Shown here: piece after piece, positions 10,649-20,900 of the stretch
How the letters are laid out: every line of letters begins with the position of its first letter
Numbering within the stretch: position 1 is the stretch's first letter
The notes under the pieces: generated by a model
Databases searched by the model: none
The model's input: only the letters and a program-made list of their open reading frames with translations
What the model was told of the DNA's origin: nothing
Assembly: GCA_016214895.1 (NCBI GenBank)
Contig: JACRMR010000012.1
Coordinates: 297,142 to 361,141 of the forward strand
Direction: 5' to 3'
Source: Candidatus Zhuqueibacterota bacterium
GTDB taxonomy: Bacteria; Electryoneota; RPQS01
DNA length: 64,000 nt
Made by a program: the position numbers and the translations under genes

Positions 10649-10865
10649 CGGCCCAAAACAAGCAACTTAGAGTGACAGGCTCCGGTACAGTCGGCGACGA
10701 CTCCGAAGTCCTCGGTCGTCCTCTCACATGTTAAGAAGACAAACGATGTCTGCGGTCGCTGGTCTGCGAAGCGGTCCCACTCTGCTGTTTCGGACGTCGC
10801 CGGGCTGCCGGAGATCCCTCGGCCCGCTGATATCCCAACGCCAGTTTCTATGAAAGAACAGGGTC

Positions 10866-10898
10866 GGTGCCGCGGCAGTTGAGGCTCGCCGCGGCACC
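10866..10898 (-). terminator. Candidate intrinsic terminator after the pilin-like gene
   Basis: An 11-bp perfect inverted repeat, ggtgccgcggc/gccgcggcacc, is followed on the minus strand by the U-rich ugUUcUUUc. Confidence 0.4.
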
Positions 10899-10911
10899 GC
10901 CGAATGATGCT

Positions 10912-11682
10912 CTAAGGATTACGGCCAAGGACCTCGTCGGCCTGCGGATTCACGCTCGTGTCCCAGTTGCGCATGAAAACGCTTGTCTGGTATGTCCGTT
11001 CCCGAACGTACTCCTGCTCGAACAGCCCGAACAAGCCGTCCCCCCGCCCCGGCGGGCGATACCGGTACTGCAAAGTCATGGAGATGTCCACGGAGCCAAG
11101 CTTGCGCAGGTTCAGATCGTGACTGGGCCGCACGTAATCCATGGTGAAGCCTTCAACCGTAATCCGATCATAACGCCCCATGGTCGCAATTTCGTCGTGG
11201 CGGGGTCGCTGCCCCGTGAATACGAACTGCTCGCTTCGCCCCGATCCATACCATAGCGGCTCACGACCGCCCAGCAGAATGCCTCGACTGGCACGATAGG
11301 TGATCGTCATCAAGCTGTCTTGCAGACGACCGCCGTAACGCCAATTCCTCGCGAAGTCAGTGCCGGGCGAGCCGCGATCGTAGAAACGCACCTTCCAAAT
11401 CGGATTACGCGAGCCGCCCTGAATCTGAACCGCATCCCAGCCCCACCCCATAAGGTTGGTCAGCTCCAGAAACGTTGACTGCGCATATTGATCCATCTGG
11501 CGGTCCGCATTGGCGACCTTGATCTGCATCGTAAAACTGCGATACGCCACCCAGCCACCCAGCAATACCACGCCGGCCATGATCGTCGTAATCGCCGTGG
11601 AGACGAACGTGAACCCGGCATCCCGCCGCCGCCGGCTGCGCACCGCCGGCATCCCTGAGTCTTGTGTTTGTGTTGTTGTCAT
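10912..11682 (-). CDS. Hypothetical pilin-like membrane protein (non-canonical prepilin N-terminus)
   Basis: Start taken at MTTTQTQDSG. The N-terminus RRRRDAGFTFVSTAITTIMAGVVLLGG resembles a prepilin G|FTL(I/V)E site but has Ser at +5. It sits between pilT and the PilX-like gene. Confidence 0.35.
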   Translation of the reverse strand: MTTTQTQDSGMPAVRSRRRRDAGFTFVSTAITTIMAGVVLLGGWVAYRSFTMQIKVANADRQMDQYAQSTFLELTNLMGWGWDAVQIQGGSRNPIWKVRFYDRGSPGTDFARNWRYGGRLQDSLMTITYRASRGILLGGREPLWYGSGRSEQFVFTGQRPRHDEIATMGRYDRITVEGFTMDYVRPSHDLNLRKLGSVDISMTLQYRYRPPGRGDGLFGLFEQEYVRERTYQTSVFMRNWDTSVNPQADEVLGRNP

Positions 11683-11693
11683 GTTGGCCCCCT

Positions 11694-12179
11694 TCATGAC
11701 CGGATCACAATGTATGTAACGAATGTCAGCTCGCGCGCCTGGAACCGGTCGTCCTCGCCACCCGGCATGTCGTGCTCGCTCCAGCGGGCGTGGCATTTCA
11801 ACGTGTACCAGTCAATGTCCTGGCCTGTCTCGAGAACGTCCACAGCCCGAACCGGCTCCCGAATCAAGTCCACCACCAACGGCGGTGTGTTTCCGCCGGC
11901 GACCGCCGTCGTCAGGACCGAAGTCCGCTCGTTGACCGTGCGGCCCATGTTGGTCGCGCTGCGCTCATCTTCTTCCATCTGGATCCGCGACTGCCACTCA
12001 TCCACGAATCCGCGCAACAGGTACGCGACGGCCTTCTCATTCTCCTGGCGAATGAGCACGTCGCGACCGTAGATCATCGCGGACGACGTGCCCGCCACGA
12101 TGATGGACAAGATGACCAACCCCACCGCGACGCTGACGATGTCGGCCTCTCCGCGCTGCCATTTCAGCTTCATCTTCAT
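11694..12179 (-). CDS. Hypothetical small membrane protein in pilus locus (possible minor pilin)
   Basis: Internal start MKMKLKWQRGEADIVSVAVGLVILSIIVAG gives a short leader plus hydrophobic helix. The 5' extension in the track ORF overlaps pilT. There is no canonical GFTxxE motif. Confidence 0.3.
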   Translation of the reverse strand: MKMKLKWQRGEADIVSVAVGLVILSIIVAGTSSAMIYGRDVLIRQENEKAVAYLLRGFVDEWQSRIQMEEDERSATNMGRTVNERTSVLTTAVAGGNTPPLVVDLIREPVRAVDVLETGQDIDWYTLKCHARWSEHDMPGGEDDRFQARELTFVTYIVIRS

Positions 12180-12288
12180 CGATTTCCTCCCCACTGTTGG
12201 TGATTCGCCCGGTCGACACGGACGAGTCGAAGGACTGTCTGTTTGCGCCTTGCCGCCCCGCGGTGCGGGACGCCAAAGTACCTGCAGA

Positions 12289-13362
12289 TTACTCTTGAAG
12301 ATTGACTTCGAACAGCTTCGGATTCTCCGCCACATGCGCCGCCGTCTCGCGGGTAATCAGCCCCTTATGCATCAACCGGGTCAAATCCTGATCCAGACTC
12401 TGCATACCGGACTTGCCGCCGGCCTGGATGACCGACGGAATCTGATAAATCTTGTCCTCACGAATCAGGTTGCGAACCGCCGTCGTCGCCACCATGATTT
12501 CCGCCGCCACGACTCGACCCTCACCGCCCTTCTTGGGCAGCAGCTTCTGGGCCACGACGGCCTCCAGCGACTCCGCCAGCATCGAGCGAACCTGTGTCTT
12601 CTGGGCCGCCGGGAAAATGTCAATCACGCGGTCGATCGTCTTCGCCGCGCTCGACGTATGCAAGGTCGCAAACACCAAGTGACCCGTTTCCGCCGCCGTC
12701 AACGCCAGCGAAATGGTCTCCAGATCGCGCATTTCTCCGACCAGAATGACATCGGGGTCTTCACGCAACGCCGCACGCAACGCGTTGGCGAACGAGTGCG
12801 TGTTCGCCCCGAGTTCGCGCTGGTTGATCATGCAGTTCTTGGAATCGTGGAAGAACTCGACCGGGTCTTCAATCGTAATGATGTGAAGCTCTTTGTACTC
12901 GTTGATCCAGTCGATCATCGTCGCCAGCGTCGTCGTCTTGCCCGAACCCGTCGGACCCGTCAGCAAGACCAAGCCCCGGTCGCGATCGGCGAGGTCGCGC
13001 ATGACCTCGGGCAGCCCCAACTCCTCAAAGGTGCGGATATCGGTCGGAATCGTCCGAAACACGGCACCCAAACCATTGATCTGCTGAAAAACGTTGACAC
13101 GAAACCGAGCGATACTCTCCAACTTCGCCGAGAAGTCGATTTCCTTCATCTCCTCGAACCGCTCGAGCTGATCGCGCGTCAGGACCGTGCGAACAATCGA
13201 GAGCATCGTCTCATTGTCCAACCGCGGCAGATTCAACTTGCGCATGCGACCGTGAACACGGATCATCGGAATCGACCCGCCGGAGAGGTGCAAGTCCGAC
13301 GCACCCTGATCTACCGCGAAGCGAAGCAGGTCGTATATGTCTAAGCGTCTTGCTGTTGCAAC
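12289..13362 (-). CDS. pilT: Twitching motility retraction ATPase PilT
   Basis: Walker A GPTGSGKTT, the Asp box, the His box and a PilT-specific C-terminus (AHVAENPKLF). Start is proposed at the GTG (Val59 of the track ORF) preceding RRLDIYDLLRFAVDQGASDLHL, the conserved PilT N-terminus. The track ORF to 13536 is probably over-extended. Confidence 0.9.
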   Translation of the reverse strand, partial: VATARRLDIYDLLRFAVDQGASDLHLSGGSIPMIRVHGRMRKLNLPRLDNETMLSIVRTVLTRDQLERFEEMKEIDFSAKLESIARFRVNVFQQINGLGAVFRTIPTDIRTFEELGLPEVMRDLADRDRGLVLLTGPTGSGKTTTLATMIDWINEYKELHIITIEDPVEFFHDSKNCMINQRELGANTHSFANALRAALREDPDVILVGEMRDLETISLALTAAETGHLVFATLHTSSAAKTIDRVIDIFPAAQKTQVRSMLAESLEAVVAQKLLPKKGGEGRVVAAEIMVATTAVRNLIREDKIYQIPSVIQAGGKSGMQSLDQDLTRLMHKGLITRETAAHVAENPKLFEVNLQE

Positions 13363-13530
13363 TTCGGCCACGATGCCTTCTTTCTGCTGTCCTGCCGCCG
13401 GCGGACCGCCGACGACAACCGCGCTATCCGTTCCCGGGTCCACAGTGCGACCCGCTATTCTTCCCGATTCCTGTCTGACGTCCGACCCCCGATCATCTCC
13501 CGCTGTCGATTTCGCTTCCAGCAAGAGGGC

Positions 13531-13569
13531 GGTCACCGGGGCGGGAAGCGCACGAACGCCCCGGCGACC
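13531..13569 (-). terminator. GC-rich stem-loop between pilA and pilT (possible attenuator giving pilA>pilT expression)
   Basis: ggtcaccggggcg...cgccccggcgacc forms a 13-bp inverted repeat. The U-tract is weak. Confidence 0.3.
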
Positions 13570-13592
13570 ACATCATCTTCTCCGGCCAAAAC

Positions 13593-14015
13593 CTACTGGT
13601 TCTCTTCCGGCAGACCGTAGCCGAGCCACGTGCCGTCCTGGACATTGTAAATCACCTGATGTCCCGACCCACCGCGCATCTGCTCGGTGGACGTCGCCGT
13701 GATCGTCACCGGCGGGGCCCCGACCAACGCAAACGTCCACTGCAAAGCCGTGGACTGCGCAATTTCAAGGTACTTCTCCTGCTGCAACTCCTCGATCGTG
13801 GACGGCCAGTCGCCTTTGTCCTGATAGAAGACCTGGGCAGCCTGCCAGACCGCATTGATGGTCGTCTTGGCATCCGATGCGCGCGCGCTTCTCACGTACT
13901 CAACGTAGATCGGAACCGAAATCGCAGCGAGAATCGCTACGATCACGACCACGATGAGGATTTCGATAAGGGTGAATCCCTTATCACTCCGCCGACGATG
14001 AAATCTGCTCAGCAT
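13593..14015 (-). CDS. pilA: Type IVa major pilin PilA
   Basis: Canonical prepilin N-terminus MLSRFHRRRSDKG|FTLIEILIVVVIVAILAAISVPIY. A strong RBS (AAGGAG) lies 6 nt upstream of the ATG at 14013-14015. The protein is ~140 aa. Confidence 0.85.
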   Translation of the reverse strand: MLSRFHRRRSDKGFTLIEILIVVVIVAILAAISVPIYVEYVRSARASDAKTTINAVWQAAQVFYQDKGDWPSTIEELQQEKYLEIAQSTALQWTFALVGAPPVTITATSTEQMRGGSGHQVIYNVQDGTWLGYGLPEENQ

Positions 14016-14547
14016 GCTCACTCCTTTTGAGTTTTCCTCCCCGCACAAGGTACGGTACCCCCCACGGGAACGTGGTTTACTGTATTATTAGTGGACGAGA
14101 AGGTACTACCGTAACTCAACTTTATCAAGTCCAAAACCCGCCTCGATTTGCACACTCCACAGTACGGCCACGACCCTGACATTGTTCAGAATCCTCCACG
14201 ATCGCATTTCAAGGGCACCTAATCCCATGAAAAACATGAGCTGACAAATTTCCGTCAACTGCAAAATCTGCAAGACCTGCATTGTTTGCGTACCTGACGA
14301 GAGGCCAAGTCTGCAAAAAGAAAAAGCCACACCCAAGAGGGCGCGGCCAATGCTGTACACCTGGTCACCGAACCGACCGCGCATTCGGCTGCCTCCCAAC
14401 GGAGTCCAGCCTCCTGCAACCCAGTTCCAGTAGCCGCGTCCGGCTTATGCCCTTTCGGAACCGGATCGCGCACGATGCGCCGGAATCGGATCACCCCCAC
14501 AGGTAACCCTGAACCGATTCACCGAGATCCCGCCCCGAGCGAGCACC

Positions 14548-15042
14548 CTACCGGGAATATCGCCAGCGATCTGAAACCATCGTTGCCACCACTACCACCA
14601 CCATCACCGGAGCGACGAGGCCGAGAACGGCCATCGGATGGTTCGAAAATACCGTCCAGCCGGTCACGCCGCCAATCACTCCGCCGAGCGTGGAACACAC
14701 CGAGACAACCGTCTCCCAGAGCGCGTTGGCACCCAGAACCAATGCTGCCGCAAGAGCCAGACCAGGCGCCCACATCTCGAGCAAATTCAACATCCGGCGA
14801 CGAGGAGTTTCTACAAGGTCCTCCACGATTCCACACTTCTTTAACACATTCAGCGTGAAATCAACTCGTGGGGTGAGCTCCTGCTGAGTCTCCAGCGCAC
14901 GATTCACCGTCCGACAGAGAATAATCGCCTCGGCGAAATCCTCGTCGATGGCGGCAAATCCTTCGACTTCACGTCGCTCGGCAACCGTCAGGCCGCCGTC
15001 AACGTACTCAGCCAGTTTATCGTAAGCTTGCTCAGTCGTCAT
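14548..15042 (-). CDS. Putative membrane-anchored anti-sigma factor (cognate to adjacent ECF sigma)
   Basis: 164 aa. The start overlaps the ECF sigma stop (ATGA). It has an N-terminal cytoplasmic helix-rich domain and C-terminal TM helices, but no zf-HC2 motif. Confidence 0.5.
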   Translation of the reverse strand: MTTEQAYDKLAEYVDGGLTVAERREVEGFAAIDEDFAEAIILCRTVNRALETQQELTPRVDFTLNVLKKCGIVEDLVETPRRRMLNLLEMWAPGLALAAALVLGANALWETVVSVCSTLGGVIGGVTGWTVFSNHPMAVLGLVAPVMVVVVVATMVSDRWRYSR

Positions 15043-15611
15043 AGTTCATCCACCTCGCGGATCTGCCGCCCCAGCAGCCGGTCGCGCAGCCAAGCTTTGC
15101 CTCTGAAAAGATAGCTCTTTACGGTCCCAATCGGCACGTCCATCACCTCGGCGATCTCAAGATACGAAAATTCCTTCAAGTAATAAAGCGAGATCGCGGT
15201 CCGGTATTGTTCAGGCATCCGCGCAATCAGCGGGCCAAGGCGTTCTTTCAGGATCACCTCCTCGGCGAACGGATTGTCCCCGGAAGGGATCATCAAACTC
15301 GCTTCATGACCCGGATCATCCACTTGGATGAACTGCGACCGAGCCCGCGCCGATTTGCTCTCAGCGATGCATAAGTTCAGCGTAATCCTATAAATCCATG
15401 TTGAGAGCTTGCACTCGCCCCGGAAGGAACCAAGTCCTCGCCAGACTCGCAAGAAGACCTCCTGGGCCAAGTCGTCCGCTGCGTCCTGCCGACCCGTCAT
15501 CCGGGCAGCAAGATTCAGAACCAGCCCTTTGTACTGGTTCACCAACTCGGCAAAGGCCTGGTCACTGCCCGTGCGGAGGCGCTGCAGTAGCTCCGCTTCG
15601 TCACTCCGCAT
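15039..15611 (-). CDS. ECF (sigma-24/RpoE-type) RNA polymerase sigma factor
   Basis: Sigma-70 region 2 (VNQYKGLVLNLAARMTGRQDAADDLAQEVFLRVWRGL...TWIYRITLN) and region 4 (SYLEIAEVMDVPIGTVKSYLFRG). Confidence 0.85.
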   Translation of the reverse strand: MRSDEAELLQRLRTGSDQAFAELVNQYKGLVLNLAARMTGRQDAADDLAQEVFLRVWRGLGSFRGECKLSTWIYRITLNLCIAESKSARARSQFIQVDDPGHEASLMIPSGDNPFAEEVILKERLGPLIARMPEQYRTAISLYYLKEFSYLEIAEVMDVPIGTVKSYLFRGKAWLRDRLLGRQIREVDEL

Positions 15612-15846
15612 TGCGTGGCCTGGGTTCTCCGCTAATCGTCTCGTAAGATTAGACCGTTCGCCTGCAGGAATGTTTCAGCATGTACAATGAAGGCTCGTTC
15701 AACCGCATACCGCAACATTACTCGCCCATTCGTACTCTACAGGTTGGGTGGCGGGCAATCGCATGCTCAACCTGTGTTAACGTAAACCAATGCAGGATCA
15801 AGAGTTATATGCTCCATGCCGCCCCACGACAACTCAAGGAGTCGCT

Positions 15847-16284
15847 ATGAGTACTGAAGAACTGGCCATCATGATTCCGATCATCGGGATTCTCGGCAGC
15901 TTTCTCGTGGTCATCGTGTTCGTGCTGGCCGACAACCGGACCCGCCGCATGCGAGCGAAAATGCTGCACGACGAGCGCATGATCGCACTGGAAAAGGGGC
16001 TGCCCGTCCCGATGGACGATGCGTTCGCGAAGAAACGCCGCTACTTCAGGTCCGGTTTGGTCTGGTGTTCCATCGGCCTCGGATTGATGACGCTGGGAAT
16101 CGTCGCGACCGAGAATGATGCGAATGAGCTGTTTGGAGTCGGATCGATTCCGCTCCTGATCGGCCTCGCGCTGATCGCCGGAGACCTTATTGATCTGAAA
16201 CGAGCGAAAGCAGAGCGGGATAGAGTGATTTCACCGTATCTTGCGGCGGAGACTGAGCCGCGGAGTTCGGCCGGTCGCTCATAA
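15847..16284 (+). CDS. Hypothetical small two-TM membrane protein
   Basis: The ATG at 15847 has the RBS AAGGAG 7 nt upstream, and the product has two hydrophobic helices. Its 3' end overlaps the convergent nadB by ~100 nt, which lowers confidence. Confidence 0.4.
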   Translation: MSTEELAIMIPIIGILGSFLVVIVFVLADNRTRRMRAKMLHDERMIALEKGLPVPMDDAFAKKRRYFRSGLVWCSIGLGLMTLGIVATENDANELFGVGSIPLLIGLALIAGDLIDLKRAKAERDRVISPYLAAETEPRSSAGRS

Positions 16285-17824
16285 AGTGCAGTCCGCGGCT
16301 CTCCGAGCGGCTTTGAGCGCAAGAGACGATCAGATCGGCCATGATCGCCAAATTGCGCAATTCCACTAAAGGGGCGCTGATCCTCGTCCGGCGGTAGAAG
16401 TCCGTCACTTCGTCAACCAGCAGGTCGAGTCGGCGCCGCGCCCGTTGCAGGCGCAACGTCGAGCGCACGATACCCACGTAATCCCACATCAGTTTGCGGA
16501 TTTCGTTGCGGTCGTGCTGCACGAGAATCCACTCTTCCGAGTTCACTGTGCCTTCCTCCGACCACGATTGGGCTTCCGGCGCGGGCGGACACTCGCGCAG
16601 CCATTCGCCGCAACTGGCCGCCGCCTGATCCGCAAAGACGACCGCTTCCAACAGGGAATTTGACGCGAGGCGGTTCGCACCGTGGACGCCGGTCATGGCC
16701 ACTTCCCCGATCGCGAATAGGCCGGGAATTGAGGTGCGCGCCCGCAGATCCGTGACGACCCCGCCGCACTGATAGTGGGCGGCCGGCACCACCGGAATCG
16801 GATCGGCCGTGAAGTCGATATTGTGACCGCGGCAAATCGTATCAATATGCGGGAACTCGCGCCGCAATCCGGGCGCATCGAGATGAGACGCGTCGAGCAG
16901 CACATAGCGCTCGCCGCGTTTTTTCATTTCCGCGTCAATCGCCCGGGCCACGATATCACGCGGCGCCAACTCGCCGCGTTCGTCGTACTTGAGCATGAAG
17001 CGCTCGCCGTCGAGGTTTTTCAGGAGCGCTCCATGTCCGCGCAACGCTTCCGTAATCAGCTCGCGAGGCTTGTCATCCGAACCCGGTTGATAGAGCGTGG
17101 TCGGATGAAATTGCATGAATTCGAGATTTCCGACCCGCGCTCCGGCCCGCCAGGCCGCCACCACGCCGTCGCCGGTCGCGATGGTCGGATTGGTGGTGTG
17201 CTCATACACCGTGCCCGAACCGCCGGTCGCCAGCACCACCGCCCGGGCCGTGATCGTCTTTACGAAGTTCTTCCGCGTCTCGAGCACATAGGCGCCATAG
17301 CAGCGCGGCGTGCGCGCCAATTCGCCGGCGCGCGGATGCGGGTCGATCAGGAGATCGATCATCAGATGATGCTCAAGGACGCGCAACCGGCCGGATTTTC
17401 GAGCACGACGCAGCAACACCGATTCAATCTCCATCCCGGTGCGGTCCCGATGATGCAAGATGCGCGACCGACTGTGCCCGCCTTCGCGCCCCAATGACAA
17501 CTCGCCCTCATGACGCGAGAACCGAACGCCCAGCTCCATCAACTCCCGAATCCGCGTGGGCGCCGTTTCCACCACGAGGCGCACCGCGTCCTCGTGACAC
17601 AACCCCGCGCCCGCGCGCAAGGTGTCCTCGACGTGCAGTTGAATGTCGTCGTCTTGTGCCGTGACCGCGGCGATCCCGCCCTGCGCCCAATTCGTGGCGG
17701 ACTCGGCGCTCTGCTTCTTCGTGACCAGGATCACGTCCGCGACTTGCGAAAGCTTCAGCGCCAAACTGAGTCCGGCGATGCCCGAACCCACGATCAAAAC
17801 GTCCGCCTGGAGAGTGTCCTTCAT
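16187..17824 (-). CDS. nadB: L-aspartate oxidase
   Basis: FAD-binding N-terminus VLIVGSGIAGLSLALKL, a fumarate-reductase/succinate-dehydrogenase flavoprotein-like core, and a length of 545 aa. Confidence 0.9.
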   Translation of the reverse strand: MKDTLQADVLIVGSGIAGLSLALKLSQVADVILVTKKQSAESATNWAQGGIAAVTAQDDDIQLHVEDTLRAGAGLCHEDAVRLVVETAPTRIRELMELGVRFSRHEGELSLGREGGHSRSRILHHRDRTGMEIESVLLRRARKSGRLRVLEHHLMIDLLIDPHPRAGELARTPRCYGAYVLETRKNFVKTITARAVVLATGGSGTVYEHTTNPTIATGDGVVAAWRAGARVGNLEFMQFHPTTLYQPGSDDKPRELITEALRGHGALLKNLDGERFMLKYDERGELAPRDIVARAIDAEMKKRGERYVLLDASHLDAPGLRREFPHIDTICRGHNIDFTADPIPVVPAAHYQCGGVVTDLRARTSIPGLFAIGEVAMTGVHGANRLASNSLLEAVVFADQAAASCGEWLRECPPAPEAQSWSEEGTVNSEEWILVQHDRNEIRKLMWDYVGIVRSTLRLQRARRRLDLLVDEVTDFYRRTRISAPLVELRNLAIMADLIVSCAQSRSESRGLHFMSDRPNSAAQSPPQDTVKSLYPALLSLVSDQ

Positions 17825-17925
17825 GAAATGCGAAGAGGAGGATTCGGGCCCGTTGGTGTTCGCGGCAAATCAGAGAAGCGAAGCGACCGGAGACGTCCAC
17901 TCCGGATACAGCTGGGGACTCCCGG

Positions 17926-20900
17926 TCAACGAAGCAACAGCAGCTTGCGCGTCTCGTCGAAGATCGATCCGGCGCGCAGACGATAGAAATAGACCCCGGA
18001 GGGCAGCGGCATGCCGTGGTCGTCGCGGCTATCCCAGCTCGCGGCATACTCCGATGCCGGCTGCAAGGCCCGTACGAGAGTGCGCACGGTGCGGCCGGTG
18101 AGATCATAGACAATGAGTTCGACGGCCGCCGTGCGCGGGATCACATACTTGATCGTCACGTCGCGATTGAACGGATTCGGAAATGCGTTCAACAGGCTGA
18201 AATTGGCGGGCGGAACCCGGGGCACGCCTTCCGCCTCGACGGAGTAACGACTGACCTCGCCGCCGACGGAAACGGCATCGACCCGATAGAAATAGCGGAC
18301 ACCGGGTGTGAGCCCGCGCTCCGTGAACACGTACCGCCACGCGGTCGCCGCCGTTCCGCGTCCGACCAGTTGCGAATAGTCCGTAAACGACGCCGTCGGA
18401 ATGTAGGTGGTATCGCCGTCCAGGCGACGATAGAGATTGAAGCCTTCGTTGTTCAGCTCCGATGCCACGGTCCAAATCACGCGCAGCGCGCCGAAGGCGG
18501 TGTCCTGTTCGGTGGTGAAGCCCGTGAATGTCACCGGTAAGGCGATGTCGCGCATTCCAATCGGCCAGGTCGTCGAAATCACCGGATCACCGCCGCAGTC
18601 GATCTGCTGCGGCGACGCGACAGAGAGCCGCACGCGATGATAGGCGTTCGCCGCCGCGGCAAACGAAATCGAGGTAAAAAGAAAGGTCTCCGATCCGCTC
18701 AGGGGAACGGAAAATCCGGAGAATTCGAAGGCCCCGCCGAACCACGGACCCAGCACCGCGATCTGCTGATCAGCGCCGGGACTGAAGACCGAATCCTGAC
18801 TCCACCACAGACGCGTGCCGGCCGGCTGCAAGTCAGCCGGGTCCATGTCACCGCCCACCGAAAAACTCACCGCGCGCAGCGCGCTCTGACCTTCCTGTGC
18901 CGTAAGGCCGAGATAGAACGCGAGTCGATCCACTTCGCCGGGGACTACCGGCTCCACGCCCAACGAGCCGCCGCGCACCAGCACGCTTGATCCGCTCGGC
19001 AAGCGGAGATCCGTGACCGACATCGCCTGCGGCGGATTCGCCAGCGCGTCACGGTACTCGATGGTGAGCATGTACACACCGCGCTGCACCAGCGACTCTC
19101 CGCCTTGGACCGAATCGATCCCGACGCCAAACGAAAGTTGCAATGGCACTAAGACAACGATCTTGTCGTTTTCGGCCGATACGTCAGAGAGAAACACCGT
19201 GTGAGGAGAGCCCGTGTCAAATTCGGGTCCGCCCGTCTGCGTAAGCGAAATGCGGAGCGTGCCCGGAGACGCCACTTCATCTTGATCCCAGTTGACGAGC
19301 AGTCCAGCGTAGGAAATAGTATCGCCCTCGGCTGGCGAATTGATGATCACCGGCGAGGTACTATTGTCGTAAACCGGAACGCGTACGAACGAATAAGCCA
19401 TGGCGTTTCCGCCCAGATCCTGGTAGCCGACCCGCAATGTGTATCGCGAGCCGTCATAGAGCTGGTTATTCTCGCCCGGCGTTCCTGCCCCCTCCACAGA
19501 CGTGACCAGATCCGAAGACAGGAGGTCCGCCGCGTTGAGAAAGAACCCCGTGCGTCCCCGGCTCGCCAGTTCACCGAGATGGACCGTCCGCGGGGAGCCC
19601 GGGTCCGTGCCGCCGATCGCGATAAACGACAGCACGACGCTCCCCGGCAGCGGAGCCTCGGGGATTTGCACTTGAATCCACACAGTTTGATTAAACCGCT
19701 GCCCCGTGATCGGGGCTTCGATCGTCGGCGTGAGCGTCGTCGCGTCCTGCGGCCAGATGTAGCCTTGCTCCGTGTCGCCGGAGTTCTCATTGCCCGCGAG
19801 ATCGCCGTAGCTCAAGCTGACGTTGTACACCACTTGCGATATCAGCCGGTCATCGAAGCCGTTCGGATTGTACTCGATGTGATCCGAGCCGGTCCCGATC
19901 GACCGGCCATCCAACAACAGCGTATGTAAACCGGCGAAGTAGTTCTCGCGATTCAGCAGCAGGTGGTGCTCGAGCGTGTCAACGCGCACGGACAGGGTGT
20001 CCATGACGAAACTCAGCCACACGGAATCCGCGGCTTCGGGCAACTGGTAGATAACGAGCACGGTGGAGTCTCCGCTCTCGGATCCCTGCCGCGGCTCGAT
20101 AAGATTCGGCGGCAGGGTCAGGAAGTCCGCCTGAATCGTGATGGCACTGTCCGCCGCTTCCGGGTTGTTGTTGACATCGGAATAGGCGATCAGGAACCGG
20201 AACCTCGCGTCGGGGGTCAGCGAATCGCCGCCCGAAAGCGAATGGACGTCCGGCGAATCGCCGAGATGAAACGCATCCAGTTGCACGCGCTTGTTCGCGC
20301 CATCGCTGAAATCTTCCAGCGTCAGGATGTGCTGCTCGTGCGCGTCCGGATCGACGTTCTCGATCACGAGGTAGAGCCGAAAGGTGTCCGCCCACTCCGG
20401 CTGACTGTACACCACGTCAAAAAAGCGGCTGATCGAAGAGCGATCGACCGGCTCCAGCAGCTCCGGGGGAACCGTGCGAGAATCCCGAAACGTGATGAAT
20501 CCGGAATGCAGCTCATCCACCGAATCCTGAGTCTCGATTGCGCCCGGGACCGTGACATACGAAACGCGATGAGCCGAGAACGTATCGACGTGCGCGGTAT
20601 CATTCGACATCACCGCCAATTCGGCCTGGAAGGACAGCACTCGACCATCGACCAGCGGTTTGAGCGACGCCCGCACACTTAAGCGAGGTGGAACCGAATC
20701 CGGCATGAACACATAGGTAATCCGGTCCACGTTCACCGGCAGCACCATGATGCGGGCCCCCGTGCAGGCCGGTCCCGTGTAACCGTGCAACAGCACCTGA
20801 TTCCGCGTGGCCGCGGCGAGGCCGATTTCGCTCACCGTCCAGTATGTGGAAGGAGTGTGAGAAATGATCAGGTAAAGGCTGTCGGAGTCTTCCACCACCG

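Noticed and set aside
12088-13344. 418-aa + strand ORF
   Set aside because: It is antisense to pilT, whose Walker/Asp/His boxes are unambiguous.
12289-13536. Full 415-aa extent of the pilT track ORF
   Set aside because: The N-terminal 58 aa are Gly/Arg-rich and not PilT-like. The conserved PilT N-terminus begins at the GTG around 13362.
14016-14120. Possible sigma-54 promoter (-24 GG / -12 GC) upstream of pilA
   Set aside because: The best candidate, GGTACC-N-TTGTGC, has the wrong spacing by 1 nt and TG instead of GC at -12, which is too weak to call.
15612-15790. ECF-type -35 GAAC / -10 element upstream of the ECF sigma gene
   Set aside because: GAAC and GTCTAA are adjacent rather than ~16 nt apart, so there is no convincing autoregulatory ECF promoter by eye.
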